NCBI GenBank assembly: GCA_963703225.1 | Contig: OY969801.1 | Span: 3,059,863-3,123,862, forward strand | Origin: Candidatus Eiseniibacteriota bacterium | GTDB taxonomy: Bacteria > Eisenbacteria > RBG-16-71-46 > SZUA-252 | DNA: 64,000 bases | Reading direction: 5' to 3' | Shown: in pieces, positions 9,640 to 19,007 of the stretch | How positions within the stretch are numbered: position 1 is the first letter of the stretch | How the letters are laid out: each line of letters starts with the position of its first letter | Translations under genes and position numbers: made by a program | Notes under the pieces: generated by a model | The model's input: only the letters and a program-made list of their open reading frames with translations | Database searches by the model: none | What the model was told of the DNA's origin: nothing

Positions 9640-10040
9640 AGCATCGATGGATCGTGGTCTACGCGGCCTCCCTTCTGGTCGGCCTCGGGGTCTCGCGCCT
9701 GGCGCCGGCGCGGTGGGGGTTGGAAACGTCCCACGTTCTTCTGATCGGCTCCGCGCTCTACTTCGGCGCGCTCCACCGCTTCGTCATGCGCGGGCCGGCG
9801 CGGACGGAGGCTGCGCGATGGTCCCGGCAGGACGGCCTCCTCTTGGGGCTCCTGACGCGGACCGTCGTCTTCCTTGCCCTCGCGGCGCTTCAGGCGATGG
9901 CCTGCTTTGAGTGGGCGCCGCACGCCGATCTTCGCGCCGGCTATGTCATCGCGGCGACGTGGCTCCTCGCGCTCGGATTGATCGACCCGCCGTCCTGGGC
10001 GCGAGAAAGGCGCCTTGGCGCGGCAACGTCCATCGACTAG
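9636..10040 (+). CDS. Small (134 aa) membrane protein with about 4 TM segments, candidate immunity/accessory protein
   Basis: GTGA start/stop overlap with the upstream gene; four hydrophobic stretches. Confidence 0.6.
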   Translation: MKHRWIVVYAASLLVGLGVSRLAPARWGLETSHVLLIGSALYFGALHRFVMRGPARTEAARWSRQDGLLLGLLTRTVVFLALAALQAMACFEWAPHADLRAGYVIAATWLLALGLIDPPSWARERRLGAATSID

Positions 10041-10096
10041 AATCCTACGTCCACTGAAACCGGAGGACGCCCGCAGATCACAACGAGGTATCGAGC

Positions 10097-12469
10097 ATGG
10101 ACGCGAAGCCCCGATTCTTGACGACCAAACTCTGTGTGTTATTGGCCCTCGCCGGATGCGCCGCGCCCGGCAACGACGGGTCGGCGCCCGGCGGCAAGGG
10201 CGTACAGCTCGACCGGACGGTGCTGCCGATCGTGGAGCCGCAAGTTCCGACGATCACCGAAGTGGATGCCCGGAAGGCCACGCCACCGCCGCGCTTCGAG
10301 GTGAAGGCGCCGGAGAATGCGCCCAACGTGGTGATCGTGCTGATCGATGACATGGGATTCGGCCACCCCTCGACATTCGGCGGCCCGGTCAACATGCCGA
10401 CCCTGGACCGCATGGCCGCTGAGGGCCTTCGCTACAACCGGTTTCACACCACCGCCCTCTGCTCGCCGACGCGGACCGCGCTCTTGACGGGCCGAAACCA
10501 CCACATCAACAATGCCGGCGCCATCATGGAGCTGGCGACGGCGTTCCCAGGCAACACCGGGATCCGCCCGAACAGCGTGGCTCCTCTCGCCGAAATTCTG
10601 CGCCTGAATGGCTACAGCACGGCCGCCTTCGGCAAGTACCACGAAACGCCGCCGTGGGAAGCGTCGGTGTCAGGGCCGTTCGACCGTTGGCCCACGCATT
10701 CCGGGTTCGACAAGTTCTACGGTTTCATCGGCGGCGAGACCAACCAGTGGGCGCCCACCGTTTACGACGGCATGTCCCGCGTCGAGATCCCGCGCGACCC
10801 CAACTACCATTTCACGACGGACATGACGAACCAGGCCATCGCCTGGGTCAATGCCCAGCAGGCGCTGACGCCCGACAAGCCCTTCTACATCTACTTCGCA
10901 ACGGGAGCGACGCACGCGCCTCACCACGTCCCCAAGGAGTGGATCGCGAAGTACAAGGGCAAGTTCGACAGGGGGTGGGATGATCTCCGCGAGCGGACGC
11001 TGGCGCGGCAGCTCGAGCTGGGCGTGGTGCCGGCGGGAACGAAGCTGACGCCGCGCCCGCCCGAGATCCCCGCGTGGGATTCGCTCACGGCCGACCAGAA
11101 GCGGCTCTTCGCGAGGCAGATGGAGACGTTCGCGGGCTTCGGCGAGATGACGGACCACGAGATCGGGCGGCTGGTGCAGTCGCTTCAAGACATGGGCAAG
11201 CTGGACAACACGCTCTTCTTCTACATCGTCGGTGACAACGGCTCGAGCGCCGAGGGTGGACCGGACGGGACCTACAACGAGACGCTCGCGTTGAACGGAA
11301 TCGTCAGCGACGTCTCCTCGCAGTTAAAGCATATCGACGACTGGGGCGGCCCCTCGACCTTCCCCCATTTCTCGATCGGTTGGGCTCTCGCCGGGGACAC
11401 CCCGTTCCAGTGGACCAAGCAGGTGGCGTCGCACTTCGGCGGTACGCGAAACGGGCTCGTCGTTCGCTGGCCCAAGGGGATCCAGGCGAAGGGCGAGCTT
11501 CGATCGCAATTCTGCCACGTGATCGACATCGCACCCACGGCGCTCGAAGCGGCGGGGTTGCCCGAACCCACGATGGTCGACGGCACCAAGCAGTACCCGA
11601 TGGACGGCACTTCCATGGTCTACTCCTTCAACGACGCCAAGGCCAAGGAGCGCCACACGACCCAGTATTTCGAGATGTTCGGGAATCGCGCCATTTACCA
11701 CGATGGTTGGGTCGCGGCGACGCGCCACTCCATCCCGTGGTTGATGACCGCCAATCTCCCGAAATTCAGCGAAGACAAGTGGGAGCTTTACAACGTGAAC
11801 GAGGATTTCAGCGAGGCGAACGACCTCGCGGCGCAGAATCCGGGGAAACTCAAGGAATTGCAGGCGCTCTTCACGAAAGAGGCGATCAAGAACCACGTCT
11901 ATCCGCTCGATGACCGCCGGGCGGAGCGCTTCAATGCGGAAATCGCGGGCCGGCCGGAGCTGATCGGTAAGCGGACGTCCATGACCCTGCACGAAGGGAT
12001 GACCGGAATCGCCGAGGACGCGTTCATCAACACCAAGGGCAAATCCTTCTCGGTCTCGGCCGATGTCGATGTGCCGAAGGCCGGCGGAGAAGGAGTGATC
12101 ATCGCCCAGGCCGGGCGCTTCGGGGGCTGGAGCCTCTACATGAAGGGCGGCCGGGCCCACCAGTGCTACAACTTCGGCGGTCTGCAGCGGACGACCGTTT
12201 CGTCGCCCACGGCGCTGGCGCCGGGCCGTCACTCCATCACCTACGATTTCGTATACGACGGCGGCAAGCCGGGGTCAGGCGGACTGAGCCAGCTGAGCGT
12301 CGACGGCAAGAAAGTCGGCGAGGCCCGCGTGGAACACACGATGCCGTTCTTTTACGGCGAGGCCGTGGACGTCGGAAGGGATGACGAGACGCCGGTGACC
12401 GAAGACTACAAGTCGTGGGGCAACGAGTTCACCGGGCACATCGAGAAGGTCACGGTCGAAACGAAGTAG
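10097..12469 (+). CDS. Arylsulfatase (type I, Cys-formylglycine), lipoprotein
   Basis: PNVVIVLIDDMG, ALCSPTRTALLTGR (CxPxR), GKYH, ATHAPH, GDNG; lipobox LAGC. Confidence 0.93.
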   Translation: MDAKPRFLTTKLCVLLALAGCAAPGNDGSAPGGKGVQLDRTVLPIVEPQVPTITEVDARKATPPPRFEVKAPENAPNVVIVLIDDMGFGHPSTFGGPVNMPTLDRMAAEGLRYNRFHTTALCSPTRTALLTGRNHHINNAGAIMELATAFPGNTGIRPNSVAPLAEILRLNGYSTAAFGKYHETPPWEASVSGPFDRWPTHSGFDKFYGFIGGETNQWAPTVYDGMSRVEIPRDPNYHFTTDMTNQAIAWVNAQQALTPDKPFYIYFATGATHAPHHVPKEWIAKYKGKFDRGWDDLRERTLARQLELGVVPAGTKLTPRPPEIPAWDSLTADQKRLFARQMETFAGFGEMTDHEIGRLVQSLQDMGKLDNTLFFYIVGDNGSSAEGGPDGTYNETLALNGIVSDVSSQLKHIDDWGGPSTFPHFSIGWALAGDTPFQWTKQVASHFGGTRNGLVVRWPKGIQAKGELRSQFCHVIDIAPTALEAAGLPEPTMVDGTKQYPMDGTSMVYSFNDAKAKERHTTQYFEMFGNRAIYHDGWVAATRHSIPWLMTANLPKFSEDKWELYNVNEDFSEANDLAAQNPGKLKELQALFTKEAIKNHVYPLDDRRAERFNAEIAGRPELIGKRTSMTLHEGMTGIAEDAFINTKGKSFSVSADVDVPKAGGEGVIIAQAGRFGGWSLYMKGGRAHQCYNFGGLQRTTVSSPTALAPGRHSITYDFVYDGGKPGSGGLSQLSVDGKKVGEARVEHTMPFFYGEAVDVGRDDETPVTEDYKSWGNEFTGHIEKVTVETK

Positions 12470-14990
12470 CTAACGAGGCCGGGCGGCGCGGCGGGGCGCC
12501 GTCCGGGTGCGGCGGCGGCGGGTGACTCGGGCCGGACGGGCGGTGCGCACCGCGCGCGCGGCCGCCCTCCGGCGCGCCGCCATCTTCGCCTTCCGCCTCT
12601 TGGCCTGCGCCTCCAGCTCCGCGATCCGCTCGGCCACGCCGGCGAACGCGTGCTGGAACACCTCGTCGACGAACGCGACCGGCAGGAACGTCATCTTCGC
12701 GCGGACCGGCTCCGGCACCTCGACCAAATCCCTCTGGTTGTCCGCCGGGAAGATCACCGTCTTGATGCCCGCCCGGTAGGCGGCCATCACCTTCTCCTTG
12801 ATGCCGCCCACCGCGATGACCTTCCCTCGGAGCGTCACTTCGCCCGTCATGGCCACGTCGTTTCGGATCGGGGCCTCGGCGAGCGCCGAGGCGATGGCCA
12901 TGACGATCGTGATTCCCGCGGAAGGGCCGTCCTTGGGAACCGCGCCCTCCGGGAAGTGGATGTGCATGTCGAATTCGTCGAAAAGCTTGGGATCGATGCC
13001 GAGCATCTCGGCCCGGGCCCGCACGTAGCTGTGCGCCGCCTGGACCGATTCCTTCATGACGTCGCCCAACTGCCCGGTCACGATCACGCGCCCGGCGCCG
13101 CGCATCTTGAGCGCCTCGATCAGGAGGAGGTCGCCTCCGGTCGCGGTCCACGCGAGCCCGGTCGCCACGCCGATCTCGGCCTGCCCTTCCGGCCGATCGG
13201 GAAGCACGTAGGGCGGCCCCAGAATCTTCTCCACGTCGGCTTCGTTGAACCGCCAGTTCCCCGTGTAGCCGGTGGTCCGCTGCCGCGCGGCCTTGCGGCA
13301 AAAGTTGTCGATGGCGCGCTCGAGCTGCCGCACGCCCGCCTCGCGCGTGTACTCGCGGATCATCTTGACGAGCGCCGCGTCGTCGAAGGCGATGTCGGTC
13401 TCCGCCAGCCCGTGATCCTTGGCTTCCCTGGGAATCAGGTGGCGCCGCGCGATCTCGAGCTTCTCCTCGTCCATGTAGCCGGGAATCTGGATCACCTCGA
13501 GCCGGTCGAGGAGCGCCGGCGGGATGAAGTCGAGCACGTTGGCGGTGGTGATGAACAAGGTCTCCGACAGATCGAACGGGATCTCGATGTAGTGGTCGAC
13601 GAAGTGCGCGTTCTGCTCCGGGTCGAGCACCTCGAGGAGCGCCGCGGCGGGATCCCCCTGGGCGTCATGGCCCAGCTTGTCGATCTCGTCGATCATGAAG
13701 ATCGGGTTGCTCGAGTCGCAGTCGCGGAGGCTTCGGATGATCTTGCCGGGGCGCGACCCGATGTAGGTGCGCCGGTGGCCGCGGATCTCCGCCTCGTCGC
13801 GCACCCCGCCGACGCTCATCCGGACGAACGCGCGTCCCAGCGCGCGGGCGATCGAGGAGCCGAGCGAAGTCTTTCCCGTGCCCGGAGGTCCGGCGAAGCA
13901 GAGGATGGGCCCCTTGAGATCGTTCTTGAGCTTGAGGACGGCGAGGTATTCGAGGATCCGCTCCTTCACCTTCTCGAGACCAAAGTGCTCCTCGTCGAGC
14001 CGCCGCTGGACCTCGTCCAGGTTGATCTCCGTCGCCGACCGCCGCGACCAGGGGAGCGAGAGGAGCCAATCGACGTAGTTTCGAATCACCCCCGATTCCT
14101 GGGACGCGGGGGGCAGATAGCGGAGCCGATTCGTCTCCTCCTGCACGACCACCAGAACGTGGTGCGGCAACCCCAGCCCGTCCGAGCGCTGGAGAATCTC
14201 GCGCACGAGCATCTCCTGGGGATCGTCCTCGCCCAAGAGGCGGCGGATTTCTTGAAGCTGCTGGCGGAGGAAGAACTCGCGCTGGCTCTTGTCCATCTGG
14301 GCGCTGGTCCGCCGGACGACGTCGTCGGCCACGGTGAGCCGCGCGATCTCGGAGTCGAGCGCCTCGAGCCACAAGGTTGAGCCGCTCCGTGACGTCCAGG
14401 GTCTCGACGATGCGGCGCTTCGTCTCGAGCGGGAACCGCACGATGGACGCGACCGTGTCGGCGAAGAGCCCGGGATCGCCGAGGTTCATGCTGAAGATGT
14501 TGTCCAGCTCCGGCGGGTAGGTCTTGTCGAGCTGGGCCAGCTCGCGTAGCGACTTGAGAATCCGGGCCACCAGCTCCCGGACCTGGTCCGGATCCCCGTG
14601 CGCCTCGATGGGGCAGCTCACCCGGGCCTCCAGATAGGGGTCGGTCCGGAGAATCTCCTCGATCCCGACCCGCCTGAGCCCCTCCAGCGTGACCTGAACG
14701 TTGCCGCCCGGCATGTTGAGGATCCGGATCACCCGCGCCGCGAGCCCGATCTTGCTCAGCTCCGAGGGGCGGATGTCCTGCTCCTTGCGGGCGGGGCTAT
14801 AGACCAGCGCGATCAGGTTGTCGGGGTCGGAGTAGTCCCGGAGAAGCGCCTTCGATTGCTCGACGCGGACTTGGAGGGAGGTGACGCCCAGCGGGAAGAC
14901 GATAGTGCTCATCAGGGGGAGCACCGGCATTTCGGGGGGCACGTCGCATTCGAGCATCGGGCCGATCTCGGCCATCGGTCGCTTGCTCAA
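12470..14990 (-). CDS. lon: ATP-dependent Lon protease (LonA), one apparent indel at ~14372
   Basis: LON N-domain in the 13665..14990 frame; Walker [33 protein letters not shown] (Ser) and GGIKEK (Lys) in the 12470..14374 frame; SD AGGAG before TTG 14990. Confidence 0.95.
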
Positions 14991-15047
14991 GCGGCGCTCC
15001 TTTCCTGGGCGAGACTTGGGGCTGGGGAATCACAAGCACGGTAACAC

Positions 15048-15081
15048 ACGCCCCGTGGGCGGCCAACGCCCACGGGGGCGT
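15048..15081. terminator. GC-rich stem-loop between the peptide genes and lon
   Basis: CCCCGTGGGCG-gccaa-CGCCCACGGGG perfect 11-bp stem; no clear U-tract, so it may be a stabilising or processing hairpin. Confidence 0.5.
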
Positions 15082-15207
15082 CCATGCCCCCCAATCAGAA
15101 GGGCCACCAGACGTGTGCTCCGATGGCCCATCCTTCACCCCTTGATCTCTCCCGCAGGGGTTCGCCCTCCCCACGGGTGCTGGTGCGAGATCTGTTACGA
15201 GGAACTG

Positions 15208-15273
15208 CTACCAGCCAGCCTTGCCGCCACCAGCGAACGACACCACGAACAGGATCAGAGCGAGCGCTGCCAT
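15208..15273 (-). CDS. 21-aa hydrophobic peptide MAALALILFVVSFAGGGKAGW, copy 2
   Basis: ATG at 15273, TAG at 15208; SD AAGGAGGT 7 nt upstream; same peptide as copy 1. Confidence 0.85.
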   Translation of the reverse strand: MAALALILFVVSFAGGGKAGW

Positions 15274-15344
15274 CGAGTTCACCTCCTTCCGCGTGCTTTG
15301 TTCGAAGTGGGGCTTTCTATCTCACCGGCACTTCCGACTTCTGC

Positions 15345-15410
15345 TTACCAGCCAGCCTTTCCACCACCAGCGAACGACACCACGAACAGGATCAGAGCGA
15401 GAGCTGCCAT
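15345..15410 (-). CDS. 21-aa hydrophobic peptide MAALALILFVVSFAGGGKAGW, copy 1
   Basis: ATG at 15410, TAA at 15345; SD GAGGTG upstream; differs from copy 2 at only 4 third-codon positions, all synonymous. Confidence 0.85.
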   Translation of the reverse strand: MAALALILFVVSFAGGGKAGW

Positions 15411-15490
15411 CACACACCTCGTTGGGTTTGGGTTTCTTGCTTCCCTGCTTCCTGCCCGCCATCTGCGGGCTACGTACGCCAGGCAGCTAG

Positions 15491-15506
15491 AGCAGCCGCC
15501 GTGCCA
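15491..15506 (-). promoter_or_regulatory. Sigma54 (-24/-12) promoter for the peptide genes
   Basis: Minus strand TGGCACGGCGGCTGCT, one mismatch from consensus TGGCACG-N4-TTGCW, 80 bp upstream of copy 1. Confidence 0.75.
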
Positions 15507-15694
15507 TTTGCACGAGGCGCGCCATCGCAGCTGTGTAACATGATGTGTGGCAACAGATTAAAATGTTTGCAGATTGCGAATTGGGGGCCGTCTGGGGGGC
15601 AAATCGGGGGTCAAATCTGTAAAGCTACGTGGACATTTCTGAACTTACGGCGCAAGCAGAAGCGGTAAGGCCACTTAGTATAGTCGCCTGGTTT

Positions 15695-17440
15695 TTACTC
15701 TGTCTGTCCGGCGGGCTTGTCGGAGACGGGCGTCTCCGCGGACGGGAATGGGAGGTCCACGACGAACCTGTTCCCCGCGCCGGGCTCGTTCCAGACCCGG
15801 ATCGCGCCCCCGTGCGCTTCCACGATCCCGGTCGCGACGGCCATCGCCAGGCCGCCGCGCTCCATGTCTCCAGCGAGCAAGGTCTCCGGGTCGCCGTTGA
15901 TGGGGGGTGCCTGCGCGTCCGCGACATAGATGCCGATTCCCCGGTCGATCCGGCGGGCGCCGACCTCCACCGTGCCGCCGTCCGGCGCGAGGCGAACGGC
16001 GTTGAGCGCGATGTTCGAGATCGCCTTGGTGAGGTGCTCCGCGTCGATACGGGGATGCACCAGCCCCGGCTCCACCGAGACGGTGAGCGACTGCCGCCGC
16101 TCGGACGCCATCGGGACAATCCCGACGGCGGCGCTCTCGACCAGGTCGCCGACGTCACCCTCGTCAAACGAGAGGGGAAGCTCGTGGCGGTCGAGGAGCG
16201 TCAGGTTCGCGAGATCGCTCCCGAGGCGCGACAGCTCCTCGCTGGCGTTTCGAATGGAGAGGATCCCCTCGAGCTGCGGCCCGCTCAGCTCGCCGAGCGC
16301 TCCCTCCTCGATGAGATCGATCACGGTCCGGATCGATGTCGCCGGATCCAGCACCTCTTCCGACGCGGTCGCGATGAAGCCCGAGCGCATCCGGTCGATC
16401 TGGGTGAGCCGCGTGAGCTCCGCCCGGTGCGCCTGCTCCGCGCTGCGGCGGCGGCGCCGGACCCAGATCGCGAGGATCGTCCCGGATGAGAGCGCGAGGA
16501 TCAGCCCGATTCCGCCGGCGTAGAGGAGCTCCTTCCGGATGGCCGCGAGCGGGGATGCCGCCAGCGTCAAGGGACGGATCAGGACGTAGGCCAGCTCGCC
16601 GCCGATCGAGGGGCCGCGGAGCGTTCCCCGGAGCGCGACGAAGCGCTCTCCCCCGGTGGCGATCACGTCGACGTCCTCGGCCGAAATCCGCCCGATCGGA
16701 AGCTCCCGCCCCTTCGCGGCGCCGGCCAGGCTTCGCTCGGAAACCCGCTGCGCCAGGATCTTCCGAAGCGGCGACGGGGTGAGCGTCGACGCGTGGATCT
16801 CGTCGCTCACCACGAAGGCCACGTCGCACCCCATCGCCGTCTTGAGGCGCTCCGCCAGGTCCGAGTCGACGCTTCGACCCAAGCAGAGCACGCCGAGGAT
16901 CGGGCCGCCCGCCGTCACCGGGACCGTCACCACGCGATAGACGTTTCCCTTCTCCACCAGGTAGCCCTGGCCGGAGCGGCCCGCGATCGCGGCGCGCACG
17001 AAGGGCGCCTCGGAGAGATCCGCGATCTCGGTGGCCGGCTTGAGGGCGCGCGCGAGGAGCGCGCCCCGCTCGTCCAGCACCTCGAAGAAGGGGGTCTCCG
17101 CGTCCTTCTGAAATTCGCGCATCACGTTCTCGAGCGCGTTCTTGAAATCGGCGCGCGCGCGGTCCGACCTGGGAAGATTGAGCACGGCGAAGAACTTGGG
17201 ATCGCCGGCGATCACCACGCCGAGCCGCTCGAGCTGCTCCCCTTCCAGGACCAGCGCCTGCTCCACGGCCGGCGCGACCCGCGCGAGCGTCTTGGCGGCG
17301 GTGGTGTCGTTCTCGTTGTCGGGGTGAAGCGACAGCGCGAGCAGGGCGAGCCCGCCGCCGATCAAGAGCGGCACGGCGGTGAGCGCGAAGATCCACGCGG
17401 TCATGGAAAAACGGGGCTTCGACTGGGCGCGAATGGCCAT
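15695..17440 (-). CDS. Membrane sensor histidine-kinase-like protein (Cache-like periplasmic domain, degenerate HisKA/HATPase)
   Basis: Two TM segments flank an extracytoplasmic domain; DRMRSGFIATASEEVLDP (H-box position lacks His), NIALNAV N-box, GIVEAHGG; start uncertain (17440 or 17524). Confidence 0.8.
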   Translation of the reverse strand: MAIRAQSKPRFSMTAWIFALTAVPLLIGGGLALLALSLHPDNENDTTAAKTLARVAPAVEQALVLEGEQLERLGVVIAGDPKFFAVLNLPRSDRARADFKNALENVMREFQKDAETPFFEVLDERGALLARALKPATEIADLSEAPFVRAAIAGRSGQGYLVEKGNVYRVVTVPVTAGGPILGVLCLGRSVDSDLAERLKTAMGCDVAFVVSDEIHASTLTPSPLRKILAQRVSERSLAGAAKGRELPIGRISAEDVDVIATGGERFVALRGTLRGPSIGGELAYVLIRPLTLAASPLAAIRKELLYAGGIGLILALSSGTILAIWVRRRRRSAEQAHRAELTRLTQIDRMRSGFIATASEEVLDPATSIRTVIDLIEEGALGELSGPQLEGILSIRNASEELSRLGSDLANLTLLDRHELPLSFDEGDVGDLVESAAVGIVPMASERRQSLTVSVEPGLVHPRIDAEHLTKAISNIALNAVRLAPDGGTVEVGARRIDRGIGIYVADAQAPPINGDPETLLAGDMERGGLAMAVATGIVEAHGGAIRVWNEPGAGNRFVVDLPFPSAETPVSDKPAGQTE

Positions 17441-17558
17441 TCGGGTCCGGGGTTTGGGTCCCTGTTCGAGGCCGGGATTCTCGGATTCATGGATCGGCCC
17501 AGAGGCCCCGGATCTCGAGCGCATTCTTAAGGCGCGCCGCCTGTTGTAAACTTCACCG

Positions 17559-19007
17559 ATGAGCCTTTCCGAGACCGCTCCGCGTCCCACGCCGCCCTTG
17601 GCCGGCGAAGGTACGGAGGTCCGCCGCGGTCAGTCGCTGGAGCTGGAGGTGGAGGATCTCGCCTTTGGCGGCCGCGCGCTGAGCCGGGTGGGAGGGCTCG
17701 TCGTCTTCGTCGAGAACGCCCTCCCCGGCGACCGCGTGCTCGCGACCGTCTACCGGAGAAAGCGCCAGTACGCCGAGGCGCGCGCGGAGCGAATCCTTCG
17801 CTTAGCACCCACGCGGGTGGCACCCCGCTGCGTCCACACGGCGATCTGCGGCGGCTGCCGCTTCCAAGACCTCGACTATCGCGAGCAGCTCGTCCACAAG
17901 GAGCGGCAGGTGGCCGAGTGCTTGGCGCACCTGGGCGGCCTTCACGCCCCCGTGCGCCCCGCGATCGCGGCGCCCGAGCCCTTCCATTACCGGAACAAGA
18001 TGGAGTACTCCTTCGGCAAGGACGCGGAGGGGCGGCTCACGCTGGGCCTTCATCGGCGGGGCTTCTTCGACCGCCCCTTCGACCTCGAGCGCTGCCACAT
18101 CGCCACGCCGATCTCGAGCGAGATCGTCTCGTTTGTCCGCGACTGGGCCCGGCGGGAGGCGTTTTCGGTCTACGACACGCGGCGCCACGAGGGCCTCCTC
18201 CGCTACCTCATGGTGCGCGAAGGGGTGAGGACGCGGCAGGTCATGGTCAACCTGGTCGCGACGGCGCATCATCCGGCCTTCGAGCCGTTCGCCGCGGAAT
18301 TGCGCCGCGCGTTTCCGACGGTCGCGAGCGTCGTCCTCAACCTGACGCGGCGAAAGGCGCAGGTGGCGATCGGCGAGGAGGAGCGGGTGCTCGCGGGGAG
18401 CGCGACGATCGAGGAGAAGCTCGGGGGGCTCACGTTCGAGATCTCCTCCAGCTCCTTCTTCCAGACGAACACGGTACAGGCCGAGCGCCTCCTCGGCGCC
18501 GCCCTGGAAGGGTTGGATCTCACCGGCAGGGAGCGGGTGCTCGACATCTATTCCGGCACCGGCACGTTCACGCTCCCGATCGCCGCCCAATCCCTGGAGG
18601 CGATCGGGATCGAATCGTCCGCCGTCGCGGTCCAAGACGCCGGGCGTAACGCCGAGCGAAACGGAATTCGAAACGTCACGTTCTGGACCGGGGAGGCGGT
18701 GGAGATCTTGCGGGACCGATTGGGGCTGGGGACTCGCGACGCCGACCGCCCGATCGACCGGCCGGCGATCGACGCGGTGCTGGTCGATCCGCCGCGGGCG
18801 GGGCTTCACCCCGGCGTGGTGAGCCGTCTCATCCACTTGGGCGCGCCCAGGCTGGTCTACGTCTCGTGCAACCCCAGCACGCTGGGCCGAGACCTCGCCC
18901 TGCTCTGCGAGTCGCGCTACCGCGTGCGGTGGGTGCAGCCGGTCGACATGTTCCCGCACACGCCCCATATCGAATGCGTCGCCGCGCTCGAGCGCGCGGA
19001 GGGATGA
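17559..19007 (+). CDS. rlmD: 23S rRNA (uracil-C5)-methyltransferase RlmD/TrmA family
   Basis: TRAM N-domain, CxxxxxCGGC, HYRNKMEY, FFQTN, LDIYSGTG, DPPRAG, YVSCNP, DMFPHTPHIE. Confidence 0.92.
   Translation: MSLSETAPRPTPPLAGEGTEVRRGQSLELEVEDLAFGGRALSRVGGLVVFVENALPGDRVLATVYRRKRQYAEARAERILRLAPTRVAPRCVHTAICGGCRFQDLDYREQLVHKERQVAECLAHLGGLHAPVRPAIAAPEPFHYRNKMEYSFGKDAEGRLTLGLHRRGFFDRPFDLERCHIATPISSEIVSFVRDWARREAFSVYDTRRHEGLLRYLMVREGVRTRQVMVNLVATAHHPAFEPFAAELRRAFPTVASVVLNLTRRKAQVAIGEEERVLAGSATIEEKLGGLTFEISSSSFFQTNTVQAERLLGAALEGLDLTGRERVLDIYSGTGTFTLPIAAQSLEAIGIESSAVAVQDAGRNAERNGIRNVTFWTGEAVEILRDRLGLGTRDADRPIDRPAIDAVLVDPPRAGLHPGVVSRLIHLGAPRLVYVSCNPSTLGRDLALLCESRYRVRWVQPVDMFPHTPHIECVAALERAEG

Noticed and set aside
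15208..15410. Repeat pair as a CRISPR array or assembly duplication
   Set aside because: Only two 66-nt units, no cas genes, and the differences are confined to synonymous positions with unrelated flanks
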